In this document: piece by piece, positions 1 to 12,219 of the stretch
Numbering within the stretch: position 1 is the first letter of the stretch
How the letters are laid out: each line of letters begins with the position of its first letter
Source: Octopus bimaculoides
Taxonomy: Eukaryota
Assembly (NCBI RefSeq): GCF_001194135.2
Contig: NC_068995.1
Location: 23,587,872-23,651,871, forward strand
Direction of reading: 5' to 3'
Length of the DNA stretch: 64,000 bases
Position numbers and translations under genes: made by a program
The notes under the pieces: generated by a model
Databases searched by the model: none
The model's input: only the letters and a program-made list of their open reading frames with translations
What the model was told of the DNA's origin: nothing

Positions 1-1062
1 CTTTAAAATGTTATACACAGATGCTTCATATCCCAGACCCGAAGATAGGCTACTTAGCTTTTAAAAATGCGATATTTGGGCTTCTAGGGTGATGGGAAAC
101 CAACAATAGATGATTCGTATTCGTTTGCAATAATCAGCTGTTTTATAATCTATGTCTATTTATTTTTACTGTCCACCAATGCCTGTGGTTAAATTGACTG
201 GGAACACTGAACGCATAAATTTCCAAAATTCTCAACCGATTTTACCAAAATATACACACACATTACTTCTTTCCCAAGGATGGTCATGTTGCTCAGAACT
301 CCGCATAAATGGACCTAAATGGACATAGTTTTCTTGTATGTAGGTTCTTTCATACTTTTTAAATCTTTGTTATAAAACTGAAAGGATTTTGTCTATTTAT
401 TTATTTCGACTGCCCACCAGCCACTAGGAACACTGTACGCGATGAATATCCAATACCAAACAATTTTAATCTTCATATTTAAACTGCATTAAACTTTGGC
501 AAGCTAACCTTTACCTATTCCGAGTTACTTGAAAGGTGATATTCCCTTCCCTCTCTTCTATCTGTTGATACATTTGTTTACCCACCAATGCCTTGTTTCA
601 CTGTAAGGATGTTCATTTACCCATCCGTTATGATATTTCGACTGTTGTCCATTGTTTCACATACGGTTTAGCACTGTCGTTCTAGCCTTTCTTAAACAAT
701 CACTTCTGATTCATCTCAAAGAATCAACCTTTAAATAAGAGTTTTGCTTCCATTACCGAAAGCTATACGTATCTTTCAGAAAGCTCCATACCAATTTAAC
801 TTAATGCGGCATTTGCTGTTAGTATGTGCGCAGTCTTTATGGTTAAGACAGACTAAAGTTGCTTTCGTTAGCTTATTTTTCCGAAAAAATAACTCCCTTT
901 ACTGTTGAAAAAAATAAACTCGTAGCGGGGGGAGAAGATTCAACGGCTTCCTTTAATTTCATTACACCATTTATATGGCTGTTTTTGACAAGAAATTTCG
1001 CTCTCATGTAAAACAACTACATTTTGTAGTCATTATCCGTAATCTACTCCCAAAACACTTCA

Positions 1063-1156
1063 GTAGACCTACTTTGCATCGCTTGCAACGTTCGGTAGAC
1101 CTACTTTGCATCGCTTGCAACGTTAAGTAGACCTACTTTGCATCGCTTGCAACGTT
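1063..1156. repeat. Tandem repeat, 32-bp period, 3 copies (GTAGACCTACTTTGCATCGCTTGCAACGTT + 2 variable nt)
   Basis: Identical 30-mers start at 1063, 1095 and 1127. Confidence 0.95.
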
Positions 1157-2050
1157 CTATGTGCAGCAACCTCCACAATAACCAGCCTTCAATTTGATTT
1201 TCCGTTCCTAGGTTAATCGGAAACATAAATTGCCGTGCTACTCACAAACCTTCTCAGTAGTTCAATTATTTGGTGAAAAAAAATACCACCAAAGTAATTT
1301 AAACCGTCCAGAGGATGGCTGCCTATGCTAGTATATATATGTGTGGTGGGTAGTCATACGGGAAGTTGTATGTAGTGTAGTACAGACAGAGAATGATACT
1401 GCTGAAGGGGAGAATCTCATATTCTCTTTTGTCTTCTATGGAGATATTTTTTATTATAAGAGTGAAAAGAGCATACAGATTATGGCATATAATTTTTTTT
1501 ATCATTATTCTTTTATATTATCACAGGAGCCGTGTATGGTTTCATTTTCTTCTCTTCTGGAATCTTCAGCATAGCATAACTTGAGATTTTCAAATCATTT
1601 TATCGAAGGTAATTTGTAAACTAAAACGAAAGTAACATTGCGAAGAGATTTTTATTTTCTCTATTTTTTCTTATCATAATGGAGAGAAGGAGGTAACAAA
1701 GAAGCAGAGAGAGAAAAGCCTCTTTTAGAATATGTTGCATTTTTTTTTTGTTTTTCTATATAGATTCAGCATCAATTTGCTTTGCGCAATAGTCCTTTAT
1801 TTAGCTACAATTACTATTTTCGCTACGGTCAGAGACGGAAGCCACACATTGTTTTCCTCGGGTACAAATACAGAATTTCTAGCTGTATTCTCATTTATAC
1901 ATAGACTGTCAGGATGATTAAGAATCATAGTCCTTTTCACCCATCTTGCTATGGCATTTTGCCATCAATTTTAGTTCACTGAATTTTTTATATATATTTA
2001 TACAATTCCCTTGATTCAATAACACTACGTATAAACTCTGTATTTGGAAC

Positions 2051-2171
2051 GACCAATTTCAAAGACTGTTGGATTTTACTCATAGGGTATTGGAATCTTA
2101 ATAATGGATTTACAAATGCAATGACCAATCTTAAAGACTACTGGATTTTGCTCACAAGGTATTGGAATCTT
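2051..2171. repeat. Degenerate tandem duplication, about 72-bp period
   Basis: GACCAATTTCAAAGACTGTTGGATTTTACTCATAGGGTATTGGAATCTTA at 2051 recurs, with several substitutions, at 2123. Confidence 0.8.
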
Positions 2172-2260
2172 ATATGTATACCATTCTGCCTAAACAATGC
2201 ATTCACTCTCTATTTCCTATCTTATGTAAACTAACTATTGCTTAACCATCCTCTCACACC

Positions 2261-2307
2261 GTCTCCGTTGAAGGGATATAATAAATATCCTGGAAATAGC
2301 TGAAAAA
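2261..2307 (+). ncRNA. Degenerate hammerhead-like motif, same repeat family as 43944-43990
   Basis: GTCT-CCGTTGA-A-GGGATAT/ATATCCT-G-GAA-ATAGCTGA. Flanks (about 2240-2370) align by eye with about 43925-44050. Stems I and III are decayed. Confidence 0.4.
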
Positions 2308-2499
2308 CGTTCTATTTATAAATGTTCTAAAATATACACAGCCTTGGTTTTTTTATCTCATTACGAAAAGTAAATCCTTATNNNNNNNNNNNNNNNNNNN
2401 NNNNNNNNNNNNNNNNNNNNNNNNNNNNNNNNNNNNNNNNNNNNNNNNNNNNNNNNNNNNNNNNNNNNNNNNNNNNNNNNNNTATATATATATATTCTC

Positions 2500-3420
2500 A
2501 GTTGGCATGTTATGGCTTTCGAGGCCATTTCGAGGCCATTTCGAGTCTTCTCTTTTCAGCTATATATAGAAGCTGGCCTTTTCGACTGCCTCCTGTATCC
2601 ACCTTATTAGATTTCTCAGCTCCGCGCTCGAAACTCCAAATCGTCTTTTAAATAGCATCAAATGAAGCCTCTCACTCCCACTGCCAAGTGATAATACTCG
2701 ACTGCCCACCCCTGTTCCCTGCACTCTTCTATTAATCCTTCATACTTCCTCTCCTTCCGTCGCTCTGCCTTAGCGATGTTCTCTTCCCACGGCACTGTCA
2801 GTTCTATCAAAATTCCAATTTTCCGTTCTGTATTCCAAAGGATTGAGTCAGGTCTTTTTGTTGTTATTATGAGTAGGAATATTACTTTTCTTACCAAATC
2901 CGCGACCAGATCCCGGCATCCTTTCCATCTTTCATCCGTCTCGTATACTTTGCTTTTCTGGGCCTGGTCTCATGTCCTTTACCCTCCTTCTGCAAGTATA
3001 TCCTTCCGCGCTGTTTCATTTTCGGGTAGTCTCCCCTATTGTATTCCTCGATCTTCTCCCTGAGTGCTGTGCTTATAAAACCAGAGATTTGGTTGTAACG
3101 CCATGTATATCTATCTGTTTAGTGCCAGCCTGCAGTTTGACAGGACATGTCTCATCGTCGCTTTCTCTCCGCATTTACATTCATCAGCCGTTTGTATGTT
3201 CCACCGGGCTAAGTTGGCCGGTGGCGGCAAAGCGGCGAAGGCAGACTTGATGAGAAAGGATGTTGTTGCTTGTTCCCGAACCCAAAGTTATTTCCATGTG
3301 ATTTTGCGGTTGACCATATATTCCTCCCATCTTAGGCACTGTCCCTGTTGACTACACTGCAGCAAATGCACATTTCGTCTTTCTTTTTCCTCTTTGAGAC
3401 CATTCCGTCCCAAGTCATCA
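2500..3420 (-). mobile_element. HERO-like (RLE-type) non-LTR retrotransposon, 5'-truncated 3' end, pseudogenised
   Basis: The minus strand reads QQGQCLRWEE...RKITWK*LW...SFLIKS...LPPPANL..W...CKCGEKATMRHVLSNCRLAL..YTWRYN (CCHC knuckle). It continues KRPDSILW...IELTVPWEENI...RKERKY..L..EC..GW...VGVRGF (PD-(D/E)xK RLE) and ends AVEKASFYI*LKRED. In-frame stops and frameshifts are present. Confidence 0.85.
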
Positions 3421-3590
3421 TAAATAGCATTATTTTAACTTTATATCCATTCATCTGTATAATTTCTTTAGCAAGTCTATTATACATTTGTATTTTTGTC
3501 ATTTCGACTTCGTTCAGTTTTTTTTTCTTTTTTGTGGATGGTATTCCAATTTCGATTATTATTGTTTCTTTTCTTTCGTGGTCGAGTAAT
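3421..3590 (-). mobile_element. Short RLE endonuclease fragment of a second (R4/NeSL-like) non-LTR element
   Basis: The minus strand, with one frameshift in an A-run, reads LLDHERKETIIIEIGIPS..LNEVEMTKIQMYNRLAKEIIQMNGYKVKIMLF. This fits the RLE pattern D..K...IIEIGI...E..K..KY..LA.E. Confidence 0.55.
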
Positions 3591-4740
3591 TTAGTCGGGA
3601 CCTGTCAGACAATCGAAAATGTCTGAGCAGGCTTTTCAGACTTTTGTACCTCTTCTCCTGTCAGATACCCCCACGCAATCGAAACGTCCATCTAAGACAG
3701 CGTTCCAATCCCCTACTAATACTAAAGACCGAGGCGTTCACAGGAAAACCTGCAGATGCTTGAAATAATCAAACCATCCGGCTCCTGTCGGAGCATAGTC
3801 AGCCACTAGTCTGAAAGCACCGCTGTCACTGATGTTCACATGTAGGACCATCCACTTACCTTCTGGATCCAGGAAGGCTGACTTTATTTTCAAATCCAGA
3901 CCCTTCCGGAAAAGCAACACAGTACCACCAGCACCCCATCCAAGCCGACATGGAGATAGAAAACTCACCGGAAAAGGTAATGAGGCAAGGTGGGTCGGAT
4001 AGTCTGGATTCACTAATGGCTGCAACATCTATACTAAGAGACCTCAGGTCGTTTAAACGAGCCAACAACATTTAGAAAATTAATTTTCGAAGTGTTGTAT
4101 GTTTCTTGCTTCAGTTTTTAAATTTGTATGAGTGGTGGTGGTGCCTTGTGTGTTGGGAAGACAAAGTTTGCCGCTGTGGTGTCTGTGCTTTCTCTAATGT
4201 ATGTAACCAGGTGTATATTGTCGGTGTCGATGGCTGTTAGGTTGGTGGTGTTTGTGCAGTCTGTTTGTGTTGTGCACTGTGTTGGTGTTTGAGGTGGTAG
4301 TGCCGGTGGAGGTAGTGTTGTTGTTGGTTGTTGAGTGTGGTGTTGCTGCTGTTGGGAAGTTCTTCCTGTTTGTGCCTCCCCATATTTTCTTCTACTTTTT
4401 TTTTCTTTTTTATGTGGAACTGTTTCTCACTCCCCCTCTCGACCTCAGTACTCGAACAGTCCGAGGCGTTTTGGTCGGGAAGGGAGATTTTCTCTGGCAC
4501 TTCGTTTTTCTGGGGTTCATTTGTTGCTGCTGCTACTGATGCAGTAGCTGTTGGTGGTTTTGTTACTGCACTGGTGGTAGTGGTACCCCGGCAGGTGGTG
4601 CTGGTGGGAGTACTCCCACTCGTGGTGGTACTCCGACTGGTGGTAGTGGTACTCCCACTGGTGCTTTTGTTGTTGGTGCCCTAGCTATGGCTGAAGGTGG
4701 CGTCGCTGTTGCTGTTGCTGGTTGCTATAGCTTTTAAACA
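3591..4740 (-). mobile_element. L1/Tx1-like LINE fragment: low-complexity ORF1 C-terminus (about 4237-4740) followed by the N-terminal APE endonuclease of ORF2 (about 3591-4075)
   Basis: The APE-like translation is LNDLRSLSIDVAAISESRL..GGTVLLFRKGL..LDPEGK..FRLVADYAPTG..LVLVGDWNAVLD..SLLRHFRLSDR. The upstream Thr/Ser/Gln/His-rich frame on the same strand is typical of an ORF1 tail. Confidence 0.75.
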
Positions 4741-5059
4741 TTTTACCTTGAATGCATGGTTGTGTATATCTGTGAATAATTACACATTCATTAAATATTC
4801 CCTCTTCACCAACTTGTTTCCCATAACCCTATCAGTTTGCTGGTCACCGACCAATATACGTTTTGGAAAACAAAAAGCAATATATGGAAACAGCACAGCA
4901 TTGGCACCTGCTTAGATCCAAGTGATCCCTCAATGATTTCACTGATCCTTCGCTAATACAAAAGTTTAAGAGCATTATCATCCCAGCTTTTAAATGTATC
5001 CGCGATTTCATTGTTTTCTTATGGTTTAGATAAAAACAATGCGTCTTTGTTATATTTTT

Positions 5060-5215
5060 GACTCTATTATTTCTTGTAGTCCGGCTTCAGTGCTGGAATT
5101 TAGAGCAGTATCATCTGCATATCTTAGATTGGAAACATGCAAGCCATGTATTATAATGCTATCCTCTTCCTGTATTCCTTCTCGATTATCCAGTCAGTAA
5201 CTGGGCTAAAAACAA
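5060..5215 (-). mobile_element. RTE-like reverse transcriptase fragment
   Basis: The minus strand reads IHGLHVSNLRYADDTALNSSTEAGLQEIIE; the YADD codons are at 5110-5121. Confidence 0.65.
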
Positions 5216-6000
5216 TGTATAAACAATAAGCAAGATCCATAGATGTCAACACAGACAAACACATGCGCGTACGCACACATGTGTGTATATTTATGAATAT
5301 ATATGTGTGTGATGTATGTGTATATAAATACATAGTATTTTCTGCATAAGAAATGTACAGTACATGAACGCGCGAATTCTTAAGCGTATACATGACACTT
5401 ATATATACGTAAATATTACAATAGCTTTAGAAAGAGACATGTATTTTGATGTATTATAGATGACTGTTTAAATATTTACGTATTTCTCTGTTATCAGGAG
5501 GTTTGCTGTTACGATAACATCCATATCTAAATAGTGTAACACTTGCAACTGGAAATTCTATTATTAACTTCCTGATTAGTCCTCGAAATTGAATATTCAT
5601 ACAAATAAAAACATTAACAAAAACAATATGAAATTATAGAAAGGCCAGTTTCTTCTATATTTTCACCCCTCAGCAATACATAATAACTGATTCTTAATAA
5701 GATAGTGATAAATAATTTCTTTCATAAAATATTTATGATGTTTTCAATGAAACCTTACTCTTATCCATTACACGTGAAATTAGGTCTGGTTTAATTATTT
5801 AGTAGTTACAGAGTAGTTTCTAATACGAAAGGCAGCCACGCAAATGTACACAAATGCATAAAACACAAACTTTCAATTCAGCATAAGGATAAACATCGAC
5901 ACAACACAGGTAGAGAATCATACACACACAAATAGCATAGTTATGTGTGCACATATGTGGGTGTGTGTATGCATATGTGTATGTGTATTTTTGTATGTGT

Positions 6001-6117
6001 GTGTATGGTAAGAAGCTTGCTTCCTAATCGTATGCCTCCAGGTTCAATCCCATTGCATGGCACCTTGGGCAAGTGTCTTCTACAATAGGCTCGGGCCGAC
6101 CAAAGAAGCCCGTCGCA
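6001..6117 (+). mobile_element. SINE family A (tRNA head + CORE-like box), internally deleted
   Basis: Matches the head of 17173-17582: GGTAAGAAGCTTGCTTCC..GGTTCAATCCC..CACCTTGGGCAAGTGTCTTC..GGCCGACCAA/AGAAGCCCGTCG. Confidence 0.75.
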
Positions 6118-8441
6118 TATCAATATATATATATAGATAGATCTTCATGCGATTTTTGTATATATCTAAACTTATCGACAGCAAACTCCTAGTGTGAACG
6201 TACAACAGTACGTTCTGAGTTCAGATCTTCCTGATATCACTTCTACATTTAATCCCTTTAAGAGTGATAAAACTAGTAGTAATTTTACGCGAAAGATTGG
6301 TAAAACTGTAAGAACACCGTACCGGTTTCTTTTCAGTAACTGTCTCGTCTCTCTGCAGTCTGAGTTCAAACTCAGAATGCATAGCCAAATTGGGTGATAA
6401 GCCTAACTGACTGCCTATCTAAAAAACACTACTGGCATTTTGAGTAATTTCCGCTTCGTGCAAATTTTTCAATGTGGGGGTGCATTTCCTCTTACACCCC
6501 ATTGGTATTGGACACCATGTGAGGAGTCATGGAGAATGTATAAAAGATAAAAATATACATATAGCGCAAAGCAGAATTGTCACATAAACAAACTTCTAAA
6601 TTAATTTAACTATGTTTATGTAATACTTAACCTGTAATGAAACCGATTTCAAGGGGGATTGATTGCCATGGAGAAAATTTTCGCTTTTGGCAACCAGAGC
6701 TAAAACGCCAACAGTCATCTCAGGGTGCCCTCTAGTAATCGATAAATGCATTTTTAGCTATTTGACTGTCATCAGTATCGGGAACTACAGGAGTGACTTT
6801 GACAGCTATAGATTCCTTTAAAGAAAATCAATAAAACTATTTAATGATTACGTGCGATAAGACGCCATGCTCGAGTAAATTATATTGCATGAAGCTAAGT
6901 AGTGTCGTACAATAAACTAAACACTCTTTAGTGCGTTAACAAAACTTTGTTTCAATGCTAAACGATAGAACAGAATATAGAGACAGGATTTTAGGCAACA
7001 TTCCACATATAGAATGACGTAGTCTGAAAAAGAGCAATTGCGAAGATATTAAGCCAAGTTAGTTGCGTGCAATATTGTCCAAAAGTATTGAAAGAAAACA
7101 TTTTTAATGTTCTAATAATTTATGACTCACGGTAGCTTCATAGAAAGCATCATATATGCAAACGTGTCAATCAAAATTGTATTTAATCCATAATAATATT
7201 GAGTTTATAAGGTGTGACTTTGTAGAGAGTTACAAATACACTCAACTACCGATGACCTCGCTCATAGGAGATATCGTATACGAAGAAAGGTTTTGACATG
7301 TGTGAATATAGTGCTGGTTAAAGCTTTATAGATATCATAATATAGACAAGAAATGTTCACATGTATACATGCATAGAACTATANNNNNNNNNNNNNNNNN
7401 NNNNNNNNNNNNNNNNNNNNNNNNNNNNNNNNNNNNNNNNNNNNNNNNNNNNNNNNNNNNNNNNNNNNNNNNNNNNNNNNNNNNNNNNNNNNNNNNNNNN
7501 NNNNNNNNNNNNNNNNNNNNNNNNNNNNNNNNNNNNNNNNNNNNNNNNNNNNNNNNNNNNNNNNNNNNNNNNNNNNNNNNNNNNNNNNNNNNNNNNNNNN
7601 NNNNNNNNNNNNNNNNNNNNNNNNNNNNNNNNNNNNNNNNNNNNNNNNNNNNNNNNNNNNNNNNNNNNNNNNNNNNNNNNNNNNNNNNNNNNNNNNNNNN
7701 NNNNNNNNNNNNNNNNNNNNNNNNNNNNNNNNNNNNNNNNNNNNNNNNNNNNNNNNNNNNNNNNNNNNNNNNNNNNNNNNNNNNNNNNNNNNNNNNNNNN
7801 NNNNNNNNNNNNNNNNNNNNNNNNNNNNNNNNNNNNNNNNNNNNNNNNNNNNNNNNNNNNNNNNNNNNNNNNNNNNNNNNNNNNNNNNNNNNNNNNNNNN
7901 NNNNNNNNNNNNNNNNNNNNNNNNNNNNNNNNNNNNNNNNNNNNNNNNNNNNNNNNNNNNNNNNNNNNNNNNNNNNNNNNNNNNNNNNNNNNNNNNNNNN
8001 NNNNNNNNNNNNNNNNNNNNNNNNNNNNNNNNNNNNNNNNNNNNNNNNNNNNNNNNNNNNNNNNNNNNNNNNNNNNNNNNNNNNNNNNNNNNNNNNNNNN
8101 NNNNNNNNNNNNNNNNNNNNNNNNNNNNNNNNNNNNNNNNNNNNNNNNNNNNNNNNNNNNNNNNNNNNNNNNNNNNNNNNNNNNNNNNNNNNNNNNNNNN
8201 NNNNNNNNNNNNNNNNNNNNNNNNNNNNNNNNNNNNNNNNNNNNNNNNNNNNNNNNNNNNNNNNNNNNNNNNNNNNNNNNNNNNNNNNNNNNNAAACATA
8301 TATATATAACTAATATATATATATATATATATATATTTATTTATATATATATGGTAGAATTTACGAAAATAACAACAGACGAGGACAGGTGGTGTAACCA
8401 ACAAACGGATGTATTAGTTAAACGCTCGGGAATAGAGAAAG

Positions 8442-8478
8442 TCTTTAACGTTTCGAGCTAAGCTCTTCAACAGAAAGA
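8442..8478 (-). ncRNA. Minimal type-I hammerhead ribozyme motif with variant core CUGUUGA
   Basis: TCTTT-CTGTTGA-A-GAGC-tta-GCTC-GAA-ACGT-T-AAAGA. Stem I is a perfect 5 bp, stem II is 4 bp and stem III is palindromic. Confidence 0.6.
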
Positions 8479-8707
8479 ATAAGGAGAAAAGGAAGGAGAA
8501 AAACACGGAGAAAAAAATTTGAACGTTGTGGTCAGCGATCTATCATGGCGACTGCCGGACAGAAAGTTCACATATGAGAGCTAAGAAAAAGGGGAGATAA
8601 CAAAAGGGGAAAGAAACGGTGACCCAAATACAAGAAGCTGTGTGTTTGTGTGTGTGTGAGAGAGAGAGAATGCTGGTGATCTTAACGTATGTATGTNNNN
8701 NNNNNNG

Positions 8708-8925
8708 TATACCCCTTCGTCAGTTGTCCCTGTCTCAACTACTCCTCGTTTCGAAGGCAAGGACAATACGCGACTTCGTTGAGACAGTTCTTCCCGCAAA
8801 GCAAATTAAATAAAATTTGGGATTTTTGTGGAGAGTGAAAGTGTTAACAAGAACAGGACAGTGAGAACAAGACAGTAAAAACAAACGGTGAGGGCTGTAG
8901 AGCCAAGACGATAGAAATTATACAC

Positions 8926-8956
<31 letters not shown>

Positions 8957-10050
8957 NNNNNNNNNNNNNNNNNNNNNNNNNNNNNNNNNNNNNNNNNNNN
9001 NNNNNNNNNNNNNNNNNNNNNNNNNNNNNNNNNNNNNNNNNNNNNNNNNNNNNNNNNNNNNNNNNNNNNNNNNNNNNNNNNNNNNNNNNNNNNNNNNNNN
9101 NNNNNNNNNNNNNNNNNNNNNNNNNNNNNNNNNNNNNNNNNNNNNNNNNNNNNNNNNNNNNNNNNNNNNNNNNNNNNNNNNNNNNNNNNNNNNNNNNNNN
9201 NNNNNNNNNNNNNNNNNNNNNNNNNNNNNNNNNNNNNNNNNNNNNNNNNNNNNNNNNNNNNNNNNNNNNNNNNNNNNNNNNNNNNNNNNNNNNNNNNNNN
9301 NNNNNNNNNNNNNNNNNNNNNNNNNNNNNNNNNNNNNNNNNNNNNNNNNNNNNNNNNNNNNNNNNNNNNNNNNNNNNNNNNNNNNNNNNNNNNNNNNNNN
9401 NNNNNNNNNNNNNNNNNNNNNNNNNNNNNNNNNNNNNNNNNNNNNNNNNNNNNNNNNNNNNNNNNNNNNNNNNNNNNNNNNNNNNNNNNNNNNNNNNNNN
9501 NNNNNNNNNNNNNNNNNNNNNNNNNNNNNNNNNNNNNNNNNNNNNNNNNNNNNNNNNNNNNNNNNNNNNNNNNNNNNNNNNNNNNNNNNNNNNNNNNNNN
9601 NNNNNNNNNNNNNNNNNNNNNNNNNNNNNNNNNNNNNNNNNNNNNNNNNNNNNNNNNNNNNNNNNNNNNNNNNNNNNNNNNNNNNNNGGGTGGGGTGGGA
9701 AAGTAGAGTAGGAGTGTGTTGGGGTGGGAGGCATATATGGCTATAGGACGTCACCAACATTAAACAACATGAAATACGAAGACAAATGAGTTCAATACGC
9801 AAACAACAAAAGAAACAAATGAAAAACAGGAAAAGTAGCATAAAGAACGGCCCTGCTTCAGTTATCGGCTGCCTATCTACTCCTGATTTTGAGCCTTAAA
9901 CGACAATATAAGTCTTCGAAGACATTTGTTCCCATAAGTACGAAAATAAAATTTTGGATTTATGGAGGATCAGAGTGAGGAATAAAACCAGGTCAGTGGA
10001 GAAATGCAAGGAAACCGAACGCAAACAAACACGGAGGGTCGTTAGACCAG
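8708..10050. repeat. Two diverged copies of an unclassified repeat of about 200 bp (about 8708-8915 and 9855-10050)
   Basis: Colinear blocks TCAGTT..CTACTCCT..GACAATA..CTTCG..GACA..TTCCC..AAATAAAATTT..GATTT..AAACAAAC..GAGGG occur in both copies. Confidence 0.55.
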
Positions 10051-10503
10051 AAAGGAGGTAAAATAGCGAATGCTGAAGGAATATTTTCTTTGAAAAGAGA
10101 AAAGATAAAAGAGAGAGGTAGAATACGTCCAGTCCTTAAGACAGTCCTGAGGGGAAAGAAAGATGATCAAGTGAGGAAAAGAGAGATAGACAATAGTCAC
10201 GTGTGAGGAACAAAATAGAGAAAAAGAGAAAGGAAGCGAAAGAGACAGATAGAGATAGAAAACGGCGAAGAGGAGAAAAAGATGAGGAAGAAAACAGTAT
10301 AGAGTCGCATAAAAAAAGATTTAGATAAACTTAAACTTACGTGGAAATCGATGAGAGGCGTTCAGTCATGTTATAATGTAAATTATATATATATGTGTGT
10401 GTGTATGTATGTATTACGTATACATATGCATATCATATGCATATATGGTTACAGGACATCACCAACAGTAAACAACATGACGTACGAAAACAAATGAGTT
10501 CAA
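9731..10503 (+). repeat. 65-bp direct repeats (9731-9795 and 10439-10503) bracketing an AG-rich segment
   Basis: GCATATATGG.TA.AGGAC.TCACCAACA.TAAACAACATGA..TACGAA.ACAAATGAGTTCAA; 7 mismatches in 65 nt by manual alignment. Confidence 0.8.
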
Positions 10504-10510
10504 ATACACG

Positions 10511-10589
<79 letters not shown>

Positions 10590-10834
10590 NNNNNNNNNNN
10601 NNNNNNNNNNNNNNNNNNNNNNNNNNNNNNNNNNNNNNNNNNNNNNNNNNNNNNNNNNNNNNNNNNNNNNNNNNNNNNNNNNNNNNNNNNNNNNNNNNNN
10701 NNNNNNNNNNNNNNNNNNNNNNNNNNNNNNNNNNNNNNNNNNNNNNNNNNNNNNNNNNNNNNNNNNNNNNNNNNNNNNNNNNNNNNNNNNNNNNNNNNNN
10801 NNNNNNNNNNNNNNNNNNNNNNNNNNNNNNNNNN

Positions 10835-10871
<37 letters not shown>

Positions 10872-10872
<1 letters not shown>

Positions 10873-11192
10873 GGAGCACTCCGTCGGTTACGACGACGAG
10901 GGTCCCAGCTGATACGATCAACGGAACAGCTTGCTCATGAAATTAACGTGCAAGTGACTGAGCAATCCACAGACACGTACACCCATAACGTAGTTCTCAA
11001 GGAGACTCAGCGTGACACGTAGGGTGACAAGTCCGGCCCTTTGAAATACTGGTATTACTCCTTTTTGCAGCTGAGTGGACAAGAGCAACGTGAAATTAAG
11101 TGTCTTGCTCAAGGACACAACGCGTCGCCGGAAATCGAACTCACTACCTTACGATTGTGAGCCGAATGCCCTAACCACTAAGCCACACGCCT
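10872..11192 (-). mobile_element. SINE family D, full length: tRNA-like head, CORE-like box and the 3' tail of family C
   Basis: A box TGGCTTAGTGG, B box GAGTTCGATT, GTGTCCTTGAGCAAGACACTT, then a tail homologous to about 63405-63560. Confidence 0.85.
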
Positions 11193-11440
11193 TCACTATA
11201 TAAATGTAATATGCATTTACTTATGCACAAAGGCAACTAAACACAGTAAATGGATCTTGTGTGGTAAATGATAGAGTAAGATATGAAGAAATAATGTAGG
11301 AGCGATTGAGGATGTAAGGTTACTTAGAGTAATTGATAAACAGAAAAAGAAGCGATAACATTTCTTATCGGAGCAAAAGATAACATAACTAGGAAGTGTT
11401 AAACTTATAAATGGTTCTGCATATGTTGACCCAATCAAAA

Positions 11441-12219
11441 TACGAGGTGGTATCTAAGCGTTCCCGGCGTAGATATTTTTAATAAACAAAAATGTCTTAT
11501 CTAAGTTTTAACATCATCTCCCTCGAAATAGTTACCTTGCGCAGCAATACACCGGTCCCAGCATTCCTGCTATTTTCGGGATCCGGTCTGGGAGTCTTCT
11601 TCTGTAAGCGTGTCAAGGACCTTCTGCGATTCGGTCTTGATCTCGACAACAGTGTTAAAGCGGCGACCTTGAGCTGCATTTTTATCTTGAGGAAGAGATG
11701 GGGTTCTGGCGAATGGGGCCAGTGCGGAGCAGTAGCATCTTTTTGGCGAGAAAACCACGAGTGAGTAAAGCTCGGTGACTGAATGCATTGTCGTCAAGAA
11801 GAATCTCGATACACAATATCGCCAGTGTTGAAAGATACGATGAGTATGCTCTTAATTTAGCTACGACTCTGTCGTGCCTTTTGAAGCCACCGTGTCAATC
11901 GAAACCTTGCGTACGACCACGTCACTGTAAGCTTGCCGAAGCAATCTCAATATCTCTGCAGCAGACTTCACAAGTTTAACGCAAAATTTCACGGTGGATC
12001 TTTGTTCCGGCTTCCTGTCCATGACAAAAATCTCAAACTACACCATACATGTGATCACAAGACCACAAATTTCACAAATTGTGAAGATAACACAGGAGAG
12101 TCACTCAGCACACTGCCTCATGAAGGTCACTGCTAGCACTCAATGCTCACGCACCCGAGTGCTACCATTTGTTGGCGCAGTACAGAACTAGTCCGGCCAC
12201 TTTTTGAGATCATCTCGTA
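11441..12219 (-). mobile_element. Internally deleted mariner transposon with both TIRs
   Basis: TA-flanked TIRs of about 27 bp lie at 11441-11467 and 12193-12219. The transposase relic (11501-12022) begins MDRKPEQRSTVKFCVKLVKSAAEILRLLRQAY. It continues LLDDNAFSH..FLAKK and LKGRRFNTVVEIK..W..CIAAQGNYFEGD*. Confidence 0.9.

Noticed and set aside
1063-1156. Repeat array as a CRISPR
   Set aside because: The spacers are only 2 nt, there are no cas genes and the context is eukaryotic.
4237-4740. Thr/Ser/Gln-rich frame as a host mucin-like gene
   Set aside because: It has an in-frame stop and lies directly upstream of a LINE APE domain on the same strand, so it is better explained as ORF1.
6738-6780. 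Minus-strand HHR-like string CGATA-CTGATGA..AAA-ATGCAT-T-TATCG
   Set aside because: G12 is missing and stem II is poor; it could be chance in AT-rich DNA.
8705-8780. Minus-strand CTGACGA-AGGGG with nearby hairpins as a hammerhead
   Set aside because: The 3' half would fall in or after the N gap and is not visible; the alternative fold lacks C3.
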